From: the human T2T-CHM13v2.0 reference genome, Homo sapiens
Strand: one strand, 5' to 3'
DNA: 64,000 bases
Assembly: GCF_009914755.1 (NCBI RefSeq)
Contig: NC_060941.1
Notes under the pieces: model-generated
What the model was told of the DNA's origin: nothing
Database searches by the model: none
What the model saw: only the letters and a program-made list of their open reading frames with translations
Program-made: the position numbers and the translations under genes
Shown: positions 29,110 through 42,700 of the stretch, in pieces
Layout: the number at the start of each line of letters is the position of its first letter
Numbering within the stretch: position 1 is the first letter of the stretch

Positions 29110-32100
29110 GGAATTGAAAGGAATATAATGGAATTGAGTCTAATGGAAAGATATAGAATGTTATGGAATGGAATGGCCTGGAACGGAATGGACTCGAAAG
29201 GAATGGACTGGAGTGGAATGGCCTCGAATGTAATGGTAACGAATGGATTGGAATGGAATGGAATGGAACGGAAAGGAATAGAATAGAATGGAATCGGATG
29301 GAATGGAATGGAGTCGAATGGAAGAGAATCGAATGGAATGGCATCAAATGGAATGGAATGGAATGCAATGGAATGAGATGGAATAGACTCGAAATGAATG
29401 GACTCGAATGGAATAGAATCGAATGGAATGGCAACGAATTCAATGAAATGTAATGGAATGGAATGGACCCAAATGTAATGGACTCGAAAGTAATATACTC
29501 AAATAGAATGGACTTGAAAGGAATGGTGTTGAATGGAATTTATTAGAATAGAAAGTAATAGAATGGAATGCAATAGTATGTAAAGCAATCGAATGGAATG
29601 GATTCGAATGGAATGGAATGGACTGGAATAGAATGGACAAGAACGTAATGGACATCAATCATATGGATTTGAATGGAATGGAATCGAATGGAATGTAATC
29701 AAATGAAAGGGAATGGAATGCAATGGAAAGGAATGGTGTGGAATCAAGTGGAATGGAATCCAATGGAATGGAATCGAATGGAATGGAATCAATTGAAAGG
29801 TACTGGAATGGAATGGACACCAATGGAATGAACTGGAGCAAAATGGAATTGAACGGATTCGAATAAAACTGCACGGAATGGAATGGAATGGAATGGACTC
29901 GAATGGAATGGAGTCGATTGGAATGGAATCGAAGGGAATGGAATTGAATGGAATGGACTTCAATGGAATCGAAAGGAATAGAATGGAATGGAGTGTAATG
30001 GAAAAGTATCGAATACAATGGAATGGAAAGGAATGGACTCGAAAGGAATGGACAGGAATGTAATGGAATTGAATGGAATGGACTGGAGTGGAATGGACTC
30101 AAATGGAATGGAAATGAATGCAATGGAATGTAATGGAATTAAATGGAAAGGAATAGAATGGAATGGAATTGGATGGAATGGAATGAAACGGAATGGTGTT
30201 GAATGGAATAGAATCCAATGGAATGACATCGAATGGGATGGTATGGAATGGACTCGAATGGAATGGACTCAAATCGAATCGAATAGAATGGAATGGCATC
30301 GAATGGAACAGAATGGAGTGAAGTGTAATGGAAAGATATCAAATGGAATAGAATGGAATGGAATGGAATGGGCTCGAATGGAATGGACTGGAATGGAATG
30401 GACTCAAAAGGAATGGACTGGATTGGAATGGACTCGAATGGAATGGAAACAAAAGAAATGTAATGTAATGTAATGGAATGGAAAGGAATAGAATGGAATG
30501 GAATCGGATAAAATGGAATGGATTGGAATGTAGTCGAATGGAATAGAATTGAAAGGAATGGCTTCGAACGGAATGGAATCGAATGGACTCGAATGGAATG
30601 GACTCGAATGGATAGTATAGAATGGAATGGCATCAAATGTAATGGAATGGAGTGGATTGGAACGGAATTGCATGGAATGGACCCAAATGTAAAGGGCTAG
30701 AAAGGAATGGAATCAAATAGAATGGAGTAGATAGGAATGGTCTCGAATGCAATTTATTCTAATAAATTGAATAGAAAGGAATGCAGTAGTATGGAATGGA
30801 ATCGAATGGAATGGAATCCAACGCAATGGACTGGAATGAAATGGACGAGATTAGAATGGACGTGAATGTAATGGATTGCAATGTAATTGATTTGAATGGA
30901 ATGGAATCGAATGGAATATAAACAAATGGAAAGGAATGGAATGCAATGGAATGGAACAAAATGGAATGCAATGGAATGGAACGGAGTGGAATCCAGTGGA
31001 ATGGAATTGAATGTAATGGAATCGAATTGAATGGACTGGAATGAAATGGAATCCAATGGAATGGACTGGAATAAAATGGAATCGAATGGATTGGAATCGA
31101 GCGGAACGGAATGGAAGGGAATGGAAAGGAATGGACTCGAATGGATTGGAGTCCAATTGAATGGAACCCAATGGAATGGAATTGAATGGAATCAAAAGGA
31201 ATAGAATGGAATGGAGTGTAATGGAAAGATATCAAATGGAATGGAATGGACTCGAATGGAATGGACTGGAATTGAATGGACTCGAATGGAATTGACTGGT
31301 GAGGAATGGAAACGAATGGAATGGAAAGGATTAGAATGGAATGGAATCGGATGGAACGGAAAGGAATGAAATGGAGAAGAATGGAATAGAATCGAATGGA
31401 ATGGCATCGAATGGAATGGAAAGGAATGAATCGAATCGAATGGAATGAACTCGAATGAAATAGAATCCAATGGAAAAGAGTAGAATGGAATGGCATCGAA
31501 TGGCATCGAATGGAATGGAATGGAAAGAAATAGAATGGAATGGACCCAAATATAATGGACTCGAATGGAATGGACTCCAATAGAATGGACTCGAAATGAA
31601 TGGTCTCGAATGGAATTTATTCGAATAGAATGGAATCAAAAGCAATGCAGTTTTATGGAATGGAAACGAATGGAATGGAATCCAATGCCATGGATCGCAA
31701 TGGAATGGAATGGAATAGAATGGATGCGAATGTAAAGGATTGCAATGTAATTGATATGAGTGGAATGGAATCGAATGGAATGTAAAGAAATGGAATGCAA
31801 TTGAAGGCAATGGAATGGATTAAAATGAAATGCAACGGAATGCAACGGAGTGGAATCAAGTGGAATGGAATTGAATGGAATGGAATTGAATGTAATGGAA
31901 TCGAATGGAATGGACTGGAATGAAATGGACTCGAATGGAACGGATTGGAACAAAATGGAATTGAACGGATTGGAAACGATCAGAACAGAATGTAATGGAA
32001 AGGAATGGAATGGACTCGAATGGAATGGAGTCGAATCGAATGGAACCCAATGGAATGGAATTGAATGGAATCGAAAGGAATAGAAAGGAATGGAGTGTAA

Positions 32101-35100
32101 TGGAAAGATATCGAATTGAATGGAAAGGAATGGAACGAAGTCGAATGGAATGGACTGGAATTGAATGGACTCGAATGGAATTGACTGGTGTGGAAAGGAA
32201 ACAAATGGAATGGAATGGATTGGAATGGAAAGGATTAGAATGGAATGGAATCGGATGGAATGGAATGGAATGAAATGGAGAAGAATGGAAAAAAATCGAA
32301 AGGAATGGCTTCGAAAGGAATGGAAAAGAATGGAATGGACTCGAATGGAATGGACACGAATGGAATAGAATAGAATGGAATGGCATTGAATGGAATGGAA
32401 TGGAATGAAATAGAATGGAATGCACCCAAATGTAATGGACTCGAATAGAATGGACTCAAATATAATGGACTCGAACGGAATGGTCTCGAATGGAATTTAT
32501 TCAAATAGAATGGAATCAAATGGAATGCAATTGTATGGTATGGAATCGAATGGAATGGAAATGAATGGAAAGGACAGTAATGGAATGGACTGGAATAGAA
32601 CGGACTCGAATTAAATGGATTACAATGTAATTGATTCGAATGGAATGGAATCAAATGGAATGTAATCAAACGGAATGGAATGGAATGCAACAGAATGGAA
32701 TGCAATGGAATGGAATACAATGGAATGCAATGGAATGGAACGGAATGGAATGGAGTGCAATGGAATCAAATGGAATGGAATCGAATGGAGTGGACTGGAA
32801 TGGAATGGACTCGAATGGAATGGACTGGAAAACAATGGAATCAAACGGATTGGAAAAGAATGGAATAGAAAGGAATGGAAAGGAACGGATTGCAATGGAA
32901 TGGAATAGACTCGATTGGAATGGCTTCGAATGGAATGGAATTGAAAGAAATGGAATCGAATAGAATGGAATTGAATGGAATTGAAAGGGATAGAATGGAA
33001 GGGAGTGTAATGGAGAGAAATCGAATGTAATGGAATGGAATGGACACGAATGGAATTGACTGGAATGTAATGGACTCGAATGGAATGGACTGGAGTGGAA
33101 CGGATTTGAATGTAATGGAAACGAATGGAATGTAATGTAATGAAACGGAAAGGAATACAATGGAATGTAATCAGATGGAACGACATGGAATGGAATGGAG
33201 TCAAATGGAAGAGAATCCAAAGGAATGGCATCAAATGGAATGGAATGTAATGGAATGAAATGGAATGGACTAGAATGGAAAGGACTAGAAAGGAATAGAA
33301 TCAAACGGAATTGCATCCAATGGAATGGAATGGAATGGAATGGAATGGAATGGACCCAAATGTAATGGAGTCGAATGGAACATACTGAAATAGAATGGAC
33401 TCGAAAGGAATGGAATCTAATGGAATTTATTCGAATGGAATGGAATCGAATGGAATGCAATAGTATGGAATGGAATCGAATAGAATGGAATCAAATAGAA
33501 TGGAATGGAATGGAATGGACTGGAATAGAATGGACTCCATTGTAATGGATTGCATTGTAATTGATTCAAATGGAACGGAATCGAATGGAATGTAATCCAA
33601 TGGAATGGAAAGGAATGCAATGGAATGGAATAGAATGGAATGAAATGGAATTGAATGGAGTTAATTCAAGTGGAATGAAATCGAATGGAATGGACTGGAA
33701 TGGAATGGAGTGGAATAGAACGGACTCGAATATAGCGGATTGCAATGTAATTGATTCGAATGGAATGGAATCGAATGGAATGTAATCAAATGGAATGGAA
33801 TGGAATGCAGTGGAATTGAATAGAATGGAATGCATTGGAATGGAAATGAACGGAGTGGAATCGAGTGGAGTGGAATCGAATGGAATGGAATCGAATGGAA
33901 TGAAATCGAATGCAATGGACTCAAAAAAATGGACGAGGGAGAAAAAGGAATCGAACGGATTGGAATCAAACGGAATGGAATGGAATGGAATGGAATGGAA
34001 TGGAAATGTCTCGAATGGAATGGAGTAGAATGCTAGGGAATGGAATGGAATTGAATGGAATGGAAAGGAATGGAGTGTAATGGAAGGATATCAAATGGAT
34101 TAGAATAGAATTGAATGGACTCGAATGGAATGAATTGGAATCGAACGGACACGAATGTAATGGACTGGAGTGAAATGGAGTTGAATGTAATTGACTGGAT
34201 TGGAATGGACTCGAATGGAATGGACTTGAATGGAATGTACTCGAATGGAGTGGACAGGAATAAAATGTAATCCAACAGATTGGAATGGAATGGAATGGAA
34301 TGGAATGCAATTGAATGGCTCGAATGGAATGGAGTCGAATGGAATGGAACTGAAAAAATGGAATTGAATGGAATCGAAAGGAATAGAATGAAATGGAGTG
34401 TAAAGGAAAGATATCGAAAGAATGGATGGAAAAGGACTCGAATGAAATGGACTGGAAAGAAATGTACTCGAATGGAATGGACTGGAGAGGAATGGACTCG
34501 AATGGAAGGGAAAATAATGGAATGGAATGGAAAGGAATGGAATGGAATGAAATCGTATGGAACTGAATGGGATGGAATGGAGTCAACAGGAATAGAATCG
34601 AATGGAATAGCATCGAATGGAATGGAATGGACTCTAACGGAATGGAAACAAATGGAATGGAATGGAATGGAATAGAAAGGTATCAAATGGACTCGAATTG
34701 GATGGAATGGAATGCAATGAAATGGAATCGAATGGAATAGAATCGAATGAAATGGCATCGAACGGAATGGATTGGAATGGAATGGAAAGGAATGGAATGG
34801 AATGGACTCGAATGAAAAGTACTCGAACGGAATAGAATAGAATTGAATGGAACTAAATATAATAAACTCGAATGTAATGGACTCAAATAGAATGGAATCA
34901 AAGGGAATGGTCTTGAATGGAATTTATTCGAATAGAATGGAATCGAACGGAATGCAATAGTATGGAATGGAATAGAATGGAATGGAATCAAATGGAATGA
35001 ACTGGAATGGAATGGACTGACATAGAACGGACTCGAGTATAATGGATTGCAATGTATTAGATTCGAATGGAATGGATTCGAATGGAATGTAATCAAATGG

Positions 35101-36485
35101 AAGGGAACGGAATGCCTGGAATGGAATAAAATGTAATGCAATGGAATGGAATAGACTGGAGTGGAATGGAATAGAATGGAATGTAATCAAATGTAATGTA
35201 ATGGAATGCCATGGAATGGAATAGAGTGGAATTCAATGGAATGGTATAGAATGGAATGCAATGGAATTGAGTGGAATGGAGTCAAATGGAATGGAATGGA
35301 ATGGCATTAAATGGAATGGAGTGGAATGGACTCGAGTGGAAAGGGCACAAAAGGAATATATTATAATGGAACGGCAACCAATGGAATGGAATGGAGTAAA
35401 ATGCAAAGATATCAAAAGGAAAGGAATGGTATGGACTCAAATGGAATATACTGGAATGGAATGGACTCGAATGGAATGGACTGGAGTGGAATGGACGTGA
35501 ATGGAATGGAAAAGAATGGAATGGAAGGGACTGGAATGGAAAGGAATAGAGTGGAATGGAATGGAATGGAAAGGATCTAAAGGAATAGAATCGAATGGAA
35601 TGGCATTGAATGGAATGGAATGGAATGGAATGGAATCTGATGGAACAGAAAGGAATGGAATAGAATCGAATGGAATGGCATCGAATGGAATGGAATGGAA
35701 AGAAATGGAATCAAATGGAATGGCATCGAATGGAATAGAACAGAATGGAACGGGATCGAACGAAATGGAATGAAATGGAATGGAATGGAATGGAATGGAA
35801 TGCAATAGACCCAAATGAAATGGAGTCGAATTGAATGGACTCAAATAGACTGCACTCCAAAAGAATGGTCTGAAATGGAATTTATTCGAATAGAATGGAA
35901 TCGAATAGAATGGAATCTAATGGAATGGAGCGGAATGGAATGGACTGAAATAGAACAGATGCCAATGTAATGGATTGCAATGTAATTGTTTCAAATGGAA
36001 TGGATTCAAATGGAACATAATCTAATGGAAAGCAATGGAATGCAATGGAATGGAATAGAGTGGAATGGATTGGAACAAAAGGAATTGAAATGATTGGAAT
36101 CAAATGCAACGGAATGGAATGGAATCGAATGGACCCAAATGGAATGGAGTCGAATGGAATGGAATCGAATGGAATGGAATCTAATGGAATGGATTTGAAT
36201 GGGATCGAAAGGAATGGAATGGAATGGAATGGAATATAATGGAAAGATGTCAAATGGAATGGAATGGAATGGATTGTAATGGAAAGATATCGAATGGAAA
36301 GGAATGGACTCGAATGGAATGGACAGGAATGGAAGGGACTCGAATGGAATGGACACGAAAGTAATGGAAACGAATAGAATGGAATGGAATGGAAAGGAAT
36401 AGAATGGAATGGAATCGGATGGAACGTAATGGAATGGAACAGAGTCGAATGGAATAGAATAGAATGGAATGGCATCAAATGGAGT

Positions 36486-36790
36486 GGAATGGATTGGACT
36501 GGAATCGAATGGAATGGACTCAATTTTAATACAGTAGAATGGAATGACATCGAATGGATTGGAATGGAAATGAATGTAAGGAACTCGAAAGGAATAGAAT
36601 CAAATGAAATGACATGGAAAGGAATGGAAGGGAATGGAATGGATTGGACTGTAATCGAATGGAATGGACTCAATTTTAATACAGTAGAATGGAATGACAT
36701 CGAATGGATTGGAATGGAAATGAATGTAAGGAACTCGAAAGGAATAGAATCAAATGAAATGGCATGGAAAGGAATGGAAGGGAATGGAAT
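36486..36790 (+). repeat. 150-bp tandem duplication
   Basis: GGATTGGACT...CAATTTTAATACAGTAGAAT...GTAAGGAACTCGAAAGG...GGAAGGGAAT starts at 36491 and 36641, with two differences seen. Confidence 0.92.
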
Positions 36791-39700
36791 GGAAGGGAAT
36801 GGAATGGAATGGATTTAAATGGAATGGACTCGAATGAAGTAGACTCAAATAGAATGAACTCGAAAGATATGGTCTCGAATGGAATTTATTCGAATAGAAT
36901 GGAATCGAATGGAATGCAATAGTTTGGAATGGACTCGAATGGAATGGAATAGAATCGAATGGGGTGAAATGGAAAGATATTGAACAGCATGGAATGGAAT
37001 TGAATGGACTCAAATTGAATGGACTATAATGGAATGGACTCTAATGGAATGGACTGGAGTGGAATGGACTCAAGTGGAATGGACTCTAATGGAATGGAAA
37101 CGAATGGAATGGAATGGAATGGAATCGGATGGAATGCAATGGAATGGAAATGAGTGGAATGGAATAGAATTGCGTGTAATGGCGTCGAATGGAATGGAAT
37201 GGACTCAAATGGAATGGACTCGAATTGAATAGAATAAAATGGAATGGTATACAATGGAATGGAATGGACCCAAATGTAATGGACTCAAATGGAATGGACT
37301 CAAATGGAATGGACATGAAGGGAAAGGTCTCTAATGGAATACATTCAAATAGAATGGAATCGAAAATAATGCAATACTATGGAATAGAATCGAATGGAAT
37401 GGACCGGAATGGAATGGACTGGAATACAACGGACTCAAATGTATTGGATTGCAATCTAATTGACTCAAATGGAATGGAATCGAATGGAAAGTATTCAAAT
37501 GGAATTTAATGTAATACAATGGAATGGAATAGAATGGAATGCAATGGAATGGAATAGAATGGAATGCAATGGAATGGAACGGAGTGGAATTGAGTGGAAT
37601 GGAAGCAAACGGAGTGGAATCGAATGGAATTGACTGAAATGGAATGGACTCGAATGGAAGGGATTGGAACAAAATGGAGTCAAAAGGATTGGAATCGAAC
37701 GGAAATGAATGGAATGGAATGGAATGCAATGGACCCGAATGGAATGCAGTCAAATGGAATGGAATCGAGTAGAATGGAATTGAATGGAATTGAATGGAAA
37801 GAATGGAATGGAGTGTAATGGAAAGATACCAAATGGAATGGAATGGAATGGAATGGACTTGAATCAAATTGACTGGAATGGAATGGACTCGAGTGGAATG
37901 GACTGGAGTGGAATGGACTCAAATGGAATGGAAACGAAAGGAAAGGAATGAAATGGAAAGGAATGGAGTGGAATGGAATGGAATGGAATGGAATCGGATG
38001 GAATGGAATGGAATGGAAAGGAGTCAAATGGAATAGAATCCAATGGAATGGCATCGAATGCAATGGCATCGAATGGAATGGAATCAAATGACATGGACTC
38101 GAATTTAATGGACTCGAATGGAATAGAATCGAATGGAATGGCATGGAATGGAATGGAATGGAATGGACTGAAATGTAGTGGAACGGAATGGAACCATGTG
38201 AAAAGAACTCGAATGGAATGGACACAAATATAATGGACTCGGAATGAATGGTCTCGAATTGTATTTATACGAACAGAATGGAATCGAATGGAATGTAATA
38301 CTATGGAATGTAATACTATGGAATGGAATCGAATTGAATGGACCCGAATGGAATGGACTGGAATAGAATGGACTCGAACGTAATAGACTGCAATGTAATA
38401 GATTAGAATGGAATGGAACCGAATGGAATGTAAACAAATGGAATTGAATGGCATGCAGTGGAATGGAATAGAACAGAATGCAATGGAATGGAATGGAGTG
38501 GAATCGAGTGGAATGGAATCGAATGGAATGGAGTCGAATGGAATGGATTTGAATGGAATGGAGACGAATGGAGTGGAATCGAATGGAATGCAATCTAATA
38601 GAATAGAATTGAATGCAATCGAAAGGAATACAATGGAATGGAGTGTAATGGAAAGATAACGAAAGGAATAGAATGGAATGGAACGGACTCAAATGGAATG
38701 GACTCGAATGGAATGGACTGGAGAGGAATGGACTGAAATGAAATGGAAACGAATGGAATGGAATGGAATTGAAATGAATAGAATATAATGGAATCGGATG
38801 GAACTGAATGGAATTGAATGGAGTCGAATGGAATACACTATAATGGAATGGCTTTGAATGGAATGGAAAGGAATGGAATGGAATGGACTCGAATGGAATT
38901 GACTCGAATGGAATAGAACAGAATGGAATGGTAAAGAATGTAATGGAATGGAATGGAATTGACCCAAATGTAATGGACTCGAATGGAATGGAATCAAATA
39001 GAATGGGTTCAAAAGAAATGGTCTCGAATGGAATTTATTCAAATAGAATGGAATCGAATGGAATGCAACAGTATGGAATGGAATTGAATGGAATAAAGCA
39101 CAATGGAAAACACTGGAATAGAAAGCACTTGAATGTAATGGATTGCAATGTATATGATTCGAATGGAATGGAATCGAAAGGAATGTAATCAAATGGAATG
39201 TAATGGAATGCAATTGAATGGAATAGAAAGGAATGCAGTGGAATGGAACGGATTGGAATAGAGTGCAATGGAATCGAATGAAATGGAATCAAATGGAATG
39301 GACTGGAATGGAATGGACTCGAATGGAATGGACTGAAAAAAATGGAATCGAACGGATTGGAATCGAATGGAACGGAATGGAATGGAATTGAATGGAATGG
39401 ACTCAAAAGGAATGGAGTCAAATGGAATAGATTCGAATGGAATGCAATCCAATGGAATTGAATTGAATGTAATTGAAAGGAGTAGAATGGAATGGACAGT
39501 AATGTGAAGATATAGAATGGAATGTAATGGACACGAATGGAATGGATTGGAATGCAATGGACGCGAATGGAATGGACTGGAGTGGAATTGACTCAAATGG
39601 AATGGAAACGAATGGATTGGAATGGAGTGGAATGGAATGGAAGGGACTCCAATGTAATGGATTGCAATATAATTGATTTGAATGGAATGGAATCGAATGG

Positions 39701-42700
39701 AATGTAATCAAATGGAATAGAATGGTATGCAATGGAATGAAATAGAATGGAATGCATTGGAATGGAACGGAGTGGCATGGAGTGGAATGGAATTTAATGG
39801 AACGGAATCGAATAGAATGGACTGGAATGGAAGGGACTCGAATGGATTGGACTGGAAAAAAATGGAATTAAATGGATTGGAATTGAACGGAAAGGAATGG
39901 AATGGAATGGAATGGACTCGAATGGAATGGAGACGAATGGAATGGAAACGAATGGAATGGAATAGAATAGAATGGAATTGAATGGAATCAAAAGGAATAG
40001 AACGGAATGGAGTGTAATGGAAAGAAATCGAATGGAATGTAATAGAATGTAATGGAGTTTAATGGAAAGTTATCGAATGGAATGGAATGAATCCGAATGG
40101 AATGGACTAGAATGGAATGGATTCGAAAAGAATTTACTGGAATGGAATGGAAACGAATGGAATGGAATGGAACGGAATTGAATGGAAAGGAATAGAATGG
40201 AATGGAATCAGATGGAATGGAATGGAATAGAATGGAATGGAATGGAGTCGAATGGATTAGAATCGAATGGAATGGCATTGAATGGAATGGAATGGAATGG
40301 AAAGGAATGGACTCAAATGGAAAGGACTCGAATTGAATAGAATAGAATGGAATGGCACCTAATGGAAAGGAATGAAATGGACCCAAATGTAATGGACTCG
40401 AATGGAATGGGCTCAAATAAATGGACTCGAAAGGAATATTCTCGAATGAATTTATTTGATTAGAATGGACTCGAATGGAATGCAATTGTATGGAATGGAA
40501 TTGAAGGGAATGGAATCGAACGGAATGGACCAAACTGGAATGGACTGGAATAGAATGGACCCAAATGTAATGGATTTCAATGTAATTGATATGAATGGAA
40601 TGGAATTTGTTGGATTGTAATCAAATAGAATGGAATGCAAGGCAAAGGAATGGAAACAAATGGAAGGCAATCGAATGGAACGGAGTGGAATCGAGTTGAA
40701 TGGAATCGAATGAAATGGAATCCAATGGAATGGAATCGAATGTAATGCACTCGAATGGAATAGAATGGAAAAAAATGGAATCAAAAGGATTGGAATTGAA
40801 CGGAATGGAATGGAATGCCATGGAATGGAATCGAATGGAATGGAGTCGAATGGAATAGAATTGAATGGAATGGCTTTGAATGGAATGGAGCGGAATGGAA
40901 TGGACTCAAAAAGAATGGATTCGAATGGAATAGAATCGAATTTAATGGCATCGAATGGAATGGAAAGGAATCGACCCAAATGTAATGGACTCGAAACGAA
41001 TGGAATCAAATAGAACGCACTTTAAAGGAATGGTCTCGAATGGAACTTATTTGAATAGAAAGGAATCGAATGGAATGCAATAGTATGGAATGGAATCGAA
41101 TGGAATGGAATTGAATGGAATGGACCAGAATGGAATGGACTGGAATAGAAAGGACTCGAACGTAATGGATTGCAATGTAATTGATTTGAATGGAATGGAA
41201 TCGAATGGAATGAAATCGAAAGGAATGGACTGGAATGGAAATGAATGGAATAGTATGGACAAAAATGGAATGGATTGCAATGTAATTGATTCGGATGGAA
41301 TGGAATCAAATGGAATGTAATACTATGGAATGGAATGGAATACAATGGAATGCAAAGGAATGGAACGGAGTGGAAATGAGTGGAATGGAATCGAATGGAA
41401 TGGAATCCAATGGAATTGACTGTAATGGAGTGGAATCGAATGGAATGGACAGGAATAAAATGGAATCGAATGGATTGGCATCGAATGGAACTAAATGGAA
41501 TGGAATGGAAGAATGGAATGGACTCGAACAGAATGGAGTTGAATGAAATGGTATCGAATGGAAAGGAATCTAATGGACTGGAAATGAATGGAAACGAAAG
41601 GAATAGACTGCAATGGAGTGTAATGGAAAGATATCGAATGGAATAGAATGGAATGGATTCAAATGGAATGGTCTGGAATGCAATGGACTCGAATGGGAAG
41701 GACTGGTGTGGAACTGACTCAAATGGAATGGAAAAGAACTGAATGGAATGGAATGGAATGGAAAGGAATGGAATGGAAAGGAAGAGTATATAATGGAATC
41801 TGATGGAAACTAATGGAAGGGAATGGAGTCGAATGGAATGGAATCGAATGTAATGGCTTCAAAAGGAATGGAATGGAATGGACTCGAATGGAATGGAATG
41901 GAATCGAATGGCATCGTATGGAATGGAATGGAATTGAATGGAAGGGAACGGAATGGACCCAAATAGAATGGATTTGAAATTAATGGACTTTACTGGAATG
42001 GACTCGAAAGCAATGCTCTTGACTGGAATTCATTCAAATAGAATGGAATCTAATGTAATGCAGCAGTATTGAATGGCATCAAATGGAAGTGAATCGAATG
42101 GATTGGACCAGAATGGAATGGACTGGAATAGAAGGGACTCAAATGCAATGGATTTCAATGTGATTGATTCAAACGGAATGGAATCGAATGAAACATAATC
42201 AAATGGAATGGAATGGAATGCAATGGAATGGAATAGATTGGAATGCAATGAAATGGAACAGAGTGGAATCGAGTGGAATGGAATAGAATGGGACGGAATC
42301 AAATGGAATGGACTGGAATGGAATGGAATCGAAAGGAATGGACTGGAAAAAAATGGAATGGAATCGATTGGAATCTAATGCAATGGAAAGTAATGGAATG
42401 GAATTTAATGGACTTGAAAGGAATGCAGTCGAATGGAATGGAATCAAATGGAATGGAATAGAAAGGCATGGAATTGAATTGAATCACAAGGAATAGAATG
42501 GAATGGAGTGCAATGGAAAGACACTGAATGTAATGTAATGGAATGGATTCAAATAGAATGGAATGGAATGGAATGGACTCGAATGGAAAATACTGGAGTG
42601 GAATGGACTCGAATGGAAAGGAAACGAATGGAAGGGAAAGGAATGGAGTGGAAAGGAATACAAGGGAATGAAATCGGTTGGAACGGAATGGAATGGAACG

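Larger units (their letters stand above)
28719..29110 (-). mobile_element. 5'-truncated LINE-1 3' end (392 bp), L1HS subfamily, Ta-like
   Basis: The minus strand reads CTGGATTAAGAAAATGTGGCAC...GGTGGGAATTGAACAATGAGATCAC...GGGGACTGTGGTGGGGTCGGGGGAGGGGGGAGGGATAGCATTGGGAGATATACCTAATGCTAGATGAC...GTACCCTAAAACTTAGAGTATAAT(A)12, i.e. ORF2 end, 3'UTR and poly(A). L1HS-type alleles are present: CTTAGAGT (G at 28739, the 'G6015' site), GTGGTGGGGTCGGGG, GGGGAATATC, CCGCATATTC, GCACAAT. Confidence 0.97.

Noticed and set aside
28719-29110. Active L1 or L1-derived promoter
   Set aside because: Only the last ~380 bp are present. The 5'UTR promoter, ORF1 and the EN/RT domains are absent.
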